Below, one piece after another: positions 57,401 to 64,000 of a DNA stretch of 64,000 nucleotides (its first letter is position 1; every line of letters starts with the position of its first letter). Origin of the DNA: an uncultured Candidatus Saccharibacteria bacterium (GTDB lineage Bacteria; Patescibacteriota; Doudnabacteria; UBA920); contig CAZHIA010000008.1 in NCBI GenBank assembly GCA_964532425.1, positions 13,224 to 77,223 on the forward strand, written 5' to 3'. The notes beneath the pieces were generated by a model. The model ran no database searches. It was not told where the DNA came from and worked only from the letters and a program-made list of their open reading frames with translations. Position numbers and translations under genes: made by a program.

Positions 57401-57916
57401 TTACGACTCGTGCCGCCGGTCTTCGACTCCGAGGCTACGCAAGCTCGAGGAGCGGACCAGCCGGTATTCGTGCCAGGTCAGCGCCACGACTAGAAAATCC
57501 AATATGGTTAGCACCGAGATCGTTAGGGTGGGAGTACGCCAATAGGCGACCGTTTGGTACACGCCAAACCCGGTAAAAAGGATGAGTCCCAAAGGATACG
57601 CCCAGAGCCGGTTCTTGAGCAGGTTTGTGGCAATGAAGATTTTAGTAATACCGTGGGAGAGGAGGAACAAGACAACAAAACTACCGGAGGTTGCCGGTAT
57701 ATGGCCGAGCCGGATCAATGAATTGGCTACGAAGTCGCTCGGGTCCTCGGCAAGTTCTGTCGCTGTCAAGCCGCGCAATAACCGGTTGATTGCAGCCGGA
57801 CCAGCCAGCCAAAATGCAAGTCCGGCAGCGGTTTGCACGAGTCCGTCAATCAACTTTAGTATAATGCCGGCGTCGAATAATTTCCGTAGATATTTTTCTT
57901 GTCGTGGCTTTGTCAT
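57401..57916 (-). CDS. DUF2127 family membrane protein
   Basis: LKLIDG, ELAEDPSD, FLLSHG, WAYP, LTWHEY. Confidence 0.8.
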   Translation of the reverse strand: MTKPRQEKYLRKLFDAGIILKLIDGLVQTAAGLAFWLAGPAAINRLLRGLTATELAEDPSDFVANSLIRLGHIPATSGSFVVLFLLSHGITKIFIATNLLKNRLWAYPLGLILFTGFGVYQTVAYWRTPTLTISVLTILDFLVVALTWHEYRLVRSSSLRSLGVEDRRHES

Positions 57917-58437
57917 GGCTGCTTTTGGAGGAGGCCAATTCTTTTCAGGATTGTTTGGCCTAATAGGCTATGTTTCAGTGTGATAAAACTTATGACGCAA
58001 GCCAAAATAGCCAGGACCATGCTAGCCAGAACGTCTACGGGGTGGTGAATCCCGGCCAAGACCCGCGAGAGTGCAACCAGTGCGGTCAGAATCCAGAGTA
58101 CCCAGCTGAGCTTACGGCTATACGGGAAGACCAGCGAAGCAATGGTGGCGCTGAGAATCGTATGATCAGAAGGGAAACCGTTGTCAGCCGCGTGGGGAAT
58201 GAGCGGGGTAAAATGTCCTGTAACGAACGGCCGCGGATTATAATATATGAGTGCTGCTAACTTGAGTAGGATAAAAGCTAGTGGAAGAGTTATTATTGCT
58301 AGAATAGCCAGTTCTTTTTGCCGGGCTCTCTGCAAGGTAAAGAACCATGCAGCAGCCAGCGCAATGATGACGAGAAACAAATATTTGGCTCCGAAAATAA
58401 TGAGCGTTGGTGCGAGGGTAATCATAGTATCTTTCAA
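57913..58437 (-). CDS. PAP2 family phosphatase (undecaprenyl-diphosphatase-like)
   Basis: RPF, FPSDH, SRVLAGIHHPVD. Confidence 0.9.
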   Translation of the reverse strand: MKDTMITLAPTLIIFGAKYLFLVIIALAAAWFFTLQRARQKELAILAIITLPLAFILLKLAALIYYNPRPFVTGHFTPLIPHAADNGFPSDHTILSATIASLVFPYSRKLSWVLWILTALVALSRVLAGIHHPVDVLASMVLAILACVISFITLKHSLLGQTILKRIGLLQKQP

Positions 58438-58488
58438 ATGGGATAATAGGAGAATATCCTATATGACGCATGACTTCAAGGGTTTTTG

Positions 58489-58610
58489 TCACCCCTCCAT
58501 GGTCACCATGGAGGGGGATAGAAAACCCCTCTCTTTTACAAAGAGAGGGGGTAGGGGCTGTGCCCTGTACCGGAATCCGCCTGAGGCGGATGACTGGTGC
58601 AGGGTGAATT
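58489..58610. repeat. Nested palindromic repeats
   Basis: CCCCTCCATGG/CCATGGAGGGG, CCCCTCTCTTT/AAAGAGAGGGG, CCCTGTACC..CCGCCTGAGGCGG..GGTGCAGGG. Confidence 0.65.
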
Positions 58611-59122
58611 TATGGTTTGACCGTGCAGTCCTTGAATGTTTGTACGCCGTTCTCTTCCAGGAAGGCAGTATCGCCTTTATTCCAGAAGACCTGAGTCTCG
58701 TCGCTATTGGCATAGCGGGCGCCGGAAGCGGATATGGCAATAGGCAGTGTCAGCTTCCTGCCATCACTGAGCGTAAGGTCCACCTTGGCTGACGGTTCGC
58801 TTTCATATACGGCGGTCATATATTTTTTCCCGGTACAGACAAAACCAACCGGCGTCGAGGGGTTGCAGGCTTCTTCCCACGAACGCAAACATTTTTGCTT
58901 GGTTTCGCACCATTGGTAGCCAGCAGAGCCAATACAGCCGTGGCTGTCGCGGTCATTGCCAACCATTTGATTTTCCTGCACAGGAGTTTTTTTGGGGAAC
59001 GAGCTGGCGTCGACCGCTACGGAACTTAGGTCAGCTTGTTTGCGGACATAGTAGTAGGTGCCGCATGCTGCTGCGATGACGCCGACAATAATAAGGACTG
59101 TTACTGATATTTTTTTATGCAT
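58610..59122 (-). CDS. MliC/PliC-like lysozyme-inhibitor domain protein with DSHGCIGSAGYQWC module
   Basis: ISASGARY, VFWNKGDTAF; TM at MHKKISV; real start is far downstream of the listed 526 aa ORF start. Confidence 0.85.
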   Translation of the reverse strand: MHKKISVTVLIIVGVIAAACGTYYYVRKQADLSSVAVDASSFPKKTPVQENQMVGNDRDSHGCIGSAGYQWCETKQKCLRSWEEACNPSTPVGFVCTGKKYMTAVYESEPSAKVDLTLSDGRKLTLPIAISASGARYANSDETQVFWNKGDTAFLEENGVQTFKDCTVKP

Positions 59123-59236
59123 TTTGGTTTCTGGTGTTATTGGTTCACTGGTAGTATAGCGCAAAAATATTATTGGTAAAACCTCTTGCATTGCTTGGGA
59201 ATTTGCAGTATAGTATATGGTCTTAAGGAGGGCATT

Positions 59237-60193
59237 ATGGAAAACAGGCTGGACAGGGTCCAGAACGTCCTGGTCTGGACGTTTGTCATGAATGCAACCG
59301 TGTGTGTGATCAAAATTGTCCTTGGCCTTGCCACCGGAGTCATGGCTATTACTGCCGATGGTCTCCATTCGCTGGGGGATACGCTTTCCAACATTGTCGG
59401 ATTCGTCGGTATCCGTTTGGCCAAGCGCAAGCCGGACAATCATCACGGGTACGGCTATGAGCGGTTCGAGGCCGTGGCCACGCTGGCGATTGTTGCATTG
59501 ATCTCCATCACCTGCTACAAGGTGTTTGAAGGCGGATTCACCCGGCTCATTCATCCGGTGTCGGTGCGGATTGAACCGTTCATGCTGGCGGTCATGCTGG
59601 CGTCTATGGCCATAAATGTACTGACCGTGGTCTACGAGGGCGGGGCTGGCAAAAAATATCATAGCCCGCTGCTCATTGCAGACAGCAATGAAACGAAAGG
59701 GGACCTGTGGGTATCGGGCGGGGTCATTGCCAGTACCTACGTAGTCAGCCTGACTGGCTGGATGCGACTTGACGGGCTCGTTGCCGTCGGTATCGGGTTC
59801 CTTATTGTGCGCGTCATTTGGGAAATTATCGTGCCGACGGCCGAACAGCTGGCAGATGCGCAAGCAGTCGAGCCGTCGGAAGTTCTCTCGGCTGCCATGG
59901 CAGTGCCCGACGTACGGTTTTGCCATGCTATCCGTTCCCGCGGCAGCAAAGAAGCATTCTTTCTTGACCTTCACCTTGGGGTGGACCGGCGCATGACCAT
60001 CGAAGAAGCCCATGACCGGGTGTGCCACCAGGTAAAAAAGGCTTTGCACGAACAGTTCCCCGGCCTGAAGAGCGCGATGGTGCACATAGAGCCTGACAAC
60101 GAAGCTGGTCGGTTGCGTGGCAACAGCGTATTTCGCGACCGCGACCAGTATGGACTCGAGGAGTCTCATATCCCGGCAGCACAGCCGCACTAG
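59237..60193 (+). CDS. Cation diffusion facilitator family transporter
   Basis: ADGLHSLGD, HGYGYERFE, IRSRG, EEAHD, VHIEP; SD AAGGAGG. Confidence 0.92.
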   Translation: MENRLDRVQNVLVWTFVMNATVCVIKIVLGLATGVMAITADGLHSLGDTLSNIVGFVGIRLAKRKPDNHHGYGYERFEAVATLAIVALISITCYKVFEGGFTRLIHPVSVRIEPFMLAVMLASMAINVLTVVYEGGAGKKYHSPLLIADSNETKGDLWVSGGVIASTYVVSLTGWMRLDGLVAVGIGFLIVRVIWEIIVPTAEQLADAQAVEPSEVLSAAMAVPDVRFCHAIRSRGSKEAFFLDLHLGVDRRMTIEEAHDRVCHQVKKALHEQFPGLKSAMVHIEPDNEAGRLRGNSVFRDRDQYGLEESHIPAAQPH

Positions 60194-60408
60194 CTCTGGG
60201 GTATAGGGTGCCCCTATGGCCGCCTTGCTTGTAAGGCGGCTTTTTTTATTCGCATAATTATGCTATAATATATGTACTTACCGGTGATCCTGTGCTGATG
60301 AGCACGGTACAACCTGTCTTGAAATCAAAGCATAATCTCAACGCCTGGTTCCACTCGCGGTATTTCTTTCCGCCGCTTATTTTGCTCGTACATAATAACA
60401 ATTTAAAA

Positions 60409-60426
60409 TCCCTTTTAGGGAAGAAA
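60409..60426 (+). promoter_or_regulatory. Conserved leader hairpin + AGAAA (copy 4)
   Basis: TCCCT-TTT-AGGGA-AGAAA; stem ends 19 nt before the ATG at 60441. Confidence 0.55.
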
Positions 60427-60440
60427 AATTAAAACATCCT

Positions 60441-63400
60441 ATGCTCAAAAAGCGTTTTTCATGGATGGCTATGCTCTGCCTGGCGCTGGCCGGTCTTTTG
60501 CCGTCCTCGGGTTCGGCTTTGACATTGGCCGATCTGACCGGTACTGTAGCTGCCTCAAGCTATAGTCCCGTGACCGTTACTTCGGCAGCTAACAAGACCA
60601 TCACCATAACAGCCACGCCGCTTTCATACAACAACAGCCAGTGGACATACCAGATTGCCTGGAACCGGGCCAAGAACGCCCAAGGTTCGCTTTATATTTC
60701 GCCGAAGTCCAATGCTTCGACCAAAGTTGTCAGTATAAGTCCGGCTGACCGGGCTGGTTCGTCGTCTGTGGTCCTGCAGCCTTCTACGGCCTATCGTGTG
60801 GAATTCTACAGCTCGCCGAATGCCAAAGGCAGCCTGCTCGTCCGCAAGTATTTCACGACCCGGCAGGCTGACCTGAGCCAGGCTTTTATGCTCAATAGCG
60901 GATCAGCGGGCAGCACCTATTACAACAATAATTCAACTTATTCGGGTCTCTCAGGGAATCTGAATGCAGCAACAGGGAATAGCGCCGTTTCTTCAACGGG
61001 TACAACCGGCCAAGCGCCTGCTTCCTACATGAGCGCCGTGACCATGGCACAGTGGAGCTGTGGCAGCGATGGTACGCACTGTATGGATAAATACGGCACA
61101 CAGGTCGGCCCGGGAATTGGCGCTAATTTGTATGCCAATGGCAGCTGCAGTCCTGACCGGATCACCGGAGCAGGAGTAGCCCAGGGCGGCACCGGCAACC
61201 CGACCTCCAACGTCGGACCAGGATTGGCTTGCAAGGTGCTCAATAAGAATTTTGTCGCTGCGATCGACTATACTGACGGCGGCAAGTGTTTTCACGTCGA
61301 TGATACCGGTACCTACCAGGTGGACTGCGGGATCATGAAAGCCATGACCGGCAGTATTCCTCCACCACTGCCGTCCGGATTCTCTCTGAATTCCATTTTG
61401 AACGCTTCCTTCGATGCCAATACCGGCGGTACATCTGTTGACTGGGGTCAATATCATGCCGAGTGTTCTCAGGTCAAATGGAACGGCCAGAACGGCTACG
61501 TGAACGGTATCCTCTGCGGCGGACCCGGGGCGACGGTGCCGACCAAGCAGCAGCTGGTGGATGCCATCAATCAGCAGTCTGCCGGCATCAACAATGGCAG
61601 TTCTCTTCTCTATAACGCCCAAATTACTCTTGGAGTTGACCAAGGCCGGGCGATTAACCAGTATGGCACCCAGGTCGGCCCGGGCATCGGTGCCAATTTA
61701 TCTGCCAACCCCGCCTGTAATCCGGATGCTATTAACGGGGCTGGTGTGACCCAGGGCGGCACTGGCAACCCGGCGTCCAACGTCGGACCGGGACTGGCCT
61801 GTAAGGTCCTCAACAAGAACTTCATTGCCCAAATGTGGTATAGCGACGCCTCCGGACAGTGCCATCACTTGGATGACACCGGTGACTATGTTATGGATCA
61901 GGCCATTTGTAAATGGGCCAATGGCGGCCATGTGCCTCCGCAGTTACCGGCCGGCTATTCCTTAGCTTCGATTATCAACGCCTCCTTTGATGCCAATACC
62001 GGCGGCACATCTGTGGACTGGGGCCAGTACGGCGCCCAGTGCAGCCAGGTGAAGTGGAATGGTACAAGCGGCTATGTGAATGGTATTCTGTGCGGCGGAC
62101 CGGGAGCGACTCGGCCGACCACGCAGCAGCTCATTGATGCTTATAAGCAGCAGGCGGCCGGCATCAATAATGGTAGCTCTATTTTGAGCAATGCCCAGAT
62201 CACATTAGGGGTTGACCAGGGCCGGGCCATAGACCAGTATGGCACCCAGGTCGGTCCGGGCATCGGCGCCAATCTTTATTCGGCGAGCGGCTGCAATCCT
62301 GACAATATCAATGGTGCCGGTGTGACCCAAGGTGGTACCGGCAATCCGGCATCCAACGTCGGGCCGGGCCTAGCCTGCAAAGTGGTCAACAAGAATTTTA
62401 TTGCCCAGATGTGGTATAGCGACAGCCAGGGCAGGTGCCATCACTTGGACGATAATGGTGACTTTGTGCTCGACAATGCCATTTGCACGGGTGTGCTCGG
62501 TCATATGCCGCCGCAGTTGCCAGCTGGCTACTCATTAGCCTCCATAATCAATGCTTCGTTTGATGCCAACACCGGTGGTACTTCCGTGGACTGGAACCAG
62601 TACGGCGCCCAGTGCAGCCAGGTGAAGTGGAATGGCCAGACCGGGTATGTGAACGGTATTCTGTGCGGCGGACCGGGAGCGACGGTACCGACGACTCAAC
62701 AACTTATTACTGCCATCAACCAGCAAGCTGCTGGAGTCAACAATGGCAGTGGCATATTGAATAATGCCATTCATATCCAGGATGATCAGGGTCGCGGCAT
62801 TAACATGTACGGATCCCAGGTCGGGCCGGGCATCGGTCAAAATCTCTACTCTAACTCTAGCTGCAATCCGGACAATATAATCGGTGCGGGCGATCCGAAC
62901 GGCGGCAATGGCGGTAATCCGGCATCGAACGTAGGACCGGGGTTGGCCTGCAAGGTCCTCAACAAGAACTTTATTGCCCAGATGTGGTATACCGACGCCT
63001 CTGGTCAGTGCCATCACTTGGATGATACCGGTGATTATGTGTTCGATGCTTCCATCTGCAAGTGGGCTAATGGCGGAAAACTTCCGCCGCAGTTGCCGTC
63101 CGGATATTCTTTGAGCTCTATTGTGAATGCTTCGTTTGATGCTAATACGACCGGTAACAGCGTTGATTGGTCCCAGTACGGTGCCCAGTGCAGCCAGGTC
63201 CGGTGGAATGGTTCTTCCGGTTACGTGAACGGCATCCTCTGCGGCGGGCCGGGCGCTACTCAGCCGACCACGAGCCAGGTCCAGTCAGGTGCGAATGCGA
63301 CCCAGTCAGGTACCATGCCTGCCGGTTGTCTGCCAGGAATGGTCATGAGTCCGTTCGGACAGCCCTGCAATAGCAGCGGTTCGGGTACCGGCTCAACCGG

Positions 63401-63518
63401 TTATTCGGGTATTGTGCCCGGCACCAGGATCCAGTGCACCTCCGACGCCATGTGCGGCAGCAATAAGTGCATGGGTGCCACGGCGACTATGGCCGGATCC
63501 TGTACCTACCAGCCATAA
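60441..63518 (+). CDS. Secreted Cys-rich repeat protein, paralog 4 (4 x ~190 aa modules, 4-Cys cap)
   Basis: Same N-domain; YG[TS]QVGPGIG recurs at 61092, 61662, 62238, 62808; ends CTSDAMCGSNKCMGATATMAGSC. Confidence 0.85.
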   Translation: MLKKRFSWMAMLCLALAGLLPSSGSALTLADLTGTVAASSYSPVTVTSAANKTITITATPLSYNNSQWTYQIAWNRAKNAQGSLYISPKSNASTKVVSISPADRAGSSSVVLQPSTAYRVEFYSSPNAKGSLLVRKYFTTRQADLSQAFMLNSGSAGSTYYNNNSTYSGLSGNLNAATGNSAVSSTGTTGQAPASYMSAVTMAQWSCGSDGTHCMDKYGTQVGPGIGANLYANGSCSPDRITGAGVAQGGTGNPTSNVGPGLACKVLNKNFVAAIDYTDGGKCFHVDDTGTYQVDCGIMKAMTGSIPPPLPSGFSLNSILNASFDANTGGTSVDWGQYHAECSQVKWNGQNGYVNGILCGGPGATVPTKQQLVDAINQQSAGINNGSSLLYNAQITLGVDQGRAINQYGTQVGPGIGANLSANPACNPDAINGAGVTQGGTGNPASNVGPGLACKVLNKNFIAQMWYSDASGQCHHLDDTGDYVMDQAICKWANGGHVPPQLPAGYSLASIINASFDANTGGTSVDWGQYGAQCSQVKWNGTSGYVNGILCGGPGATRPTTQQLIDAYKQQAAGINNGSSILSNAQITLGVDQGRAIDQYGTQVGPGIGANLYSASGCNPDNINGAGVTQGGTGNPASNVGPGLACKVVNKNFIAQMWYSDSQGRCHHLDDNGDFVLDNAICTGVLGHMPPQLPAGYSLASIINASFDANTGGTSVDWNQYGAQCSQVKWNGQTGYVNGILCGGPGATVPTTQQLITAINQQAAGVNNGSGILNNAIHIQDDQGRGINMYGSQVGPGIGQNLYSNSSCNPDNIIGAGDPNGGNGGNPASNVGPGLACKVLNKNFIAQMWYTDASGQCHHLDDTGDYVFDASICKWANGGKLPPQLPSGYSLSSIVNASFDANTTGNSVDWSQYGAQCSQVRWNGSSGYVNGILCGGPGATQPTTSQVQSGANATQSGTMPAGCLPGMVMSPFGQPCNSSGSGTGSTGYSGIVPGTRIQCTSDAMCGSNKCMGATATMAGSCTYQP

Positions 63519-63549
63519 TGAATCGGATTATATAAAGCAATGCAACATG

Positions 63550-63581
63550 CAGGCGCCCGCCTCTGAGTGGGCGCCTGTTTT
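63550..63581 (+). terminator. Intrinsic terminator
   Basis: CAGGCGCCCGC-CTCTGA-GTGGGCGCCTG-TTTT. Confidence 0.75.
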
Positions 63582-63776
63582 GCTGCATTTGCCTGGAAGG
63601 AGCAAACCGTCGGAATTTGCTTGGGCAGGGGTTGCCAAAATCCGAAAAATGCCTTATACTAGCCAGATATTTCCGCTTGTGAGTATTTGGCGGGAATAAC
63701 ATAAGGAGGATTGTTTGTTTACGGTTCCTCCTCGGGCCTGCTAAGGCTTCTCTATCGTTCCGATCACGGAGACCCA

Positions 63777-64000
63777 ATGAAAGCATTTGTCGCTCTTGCT
63801 GTTTTTTGCTGCTGTTCAACAATGCTTGCCCAAGAGCTGCTCGTGGAAGCTGTCAATGTTTCCAAAGCTCCTGTTGTCTGGGGGCCTCACACCGACCGCA
63901 ATAGCGCGCTGGTGTTTACGACCGGCAACCTGGTTCAGTTCCGAGTTACTAATCTGAATCAGATGAATGCCGCGACGTGCACTCTCAACTCACTCGCTTC
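63777..64000 (+). CDS. Secreted hypothetical protein (5' part, runs off the window)
   Basis: MKAFVALAVFCCCSTMLAQELL... open to the window end; SD GGAG; TTGCCA-17-TATACT upstream. Confidence 0.6.
   Translation, partial: MKAFVALAVFCCCSTMLAQELLVEAVNVSKAPVVWGPHTDRNSALVFTTGNLVQFRVTNLNQMNAATCTLNSLA

Noticed and set aside
58610-60190. 526 aa minus-strand ORF as a single gene
   Set aside because: The 5' two-thirds is the antisense shadow of the CDF transporter; only 58610-59122 looks like a real protein.
60285-60327. Hammerhead ribozyme in the paralog 4 leader (TGATC...CTGATGA...GAAATCA)
   Set aside because: Core motifs and a 4 bp stem III are present, but stem I would be 1 bp, stem II lacks a proper closing pair, and CTGTGCT/AGCACGG sequesters the core.

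Overview
Chromosomal window from what looks like a Patescibacteria (CPR) genome. This assignment is an inference from CPR-style TrmB regulators, an N-terminal-only GlmU, a class F sortase, lower-glycolysis genes and many leaderless or SD-less genes. Core content: gpmI, glycerate kinase, 2-hydroxyacid dehydrogenase, eno, pyk, ppsA, glnII, tRNA-Ser(GGA), dnaG, rpoD and an ABC-F ATPase. The best candidate for an undescribed system is a dispersed family of four (possibly five) secreted proteins of about 865-1025 aa. Each has a signal peptide, a near-invariant Cys-free FN3-like domain and four copies of a paralog-specific Cys-rich module; three of the four end in a 4-Cys cap. Each gene is preceded by a covarying hairpin+RGAAA leader motif. 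Other highlights: an intact Oar-type TonB-dependent receptor in an apparently monoderm genome; a structured orphan RNA after rpoD; a leaderless uORF plus terminator before glnII; a 4-way-junction leader before ppsA; a radical SAM/SPASM protein with a C-terminal RRE-like domain; a stand-alone class II aaRS catalytic domain; and many REP-like and short-repeat elements, some inserted in-frame in genes. All calls come from reading motifs by eye; no database searches were run.
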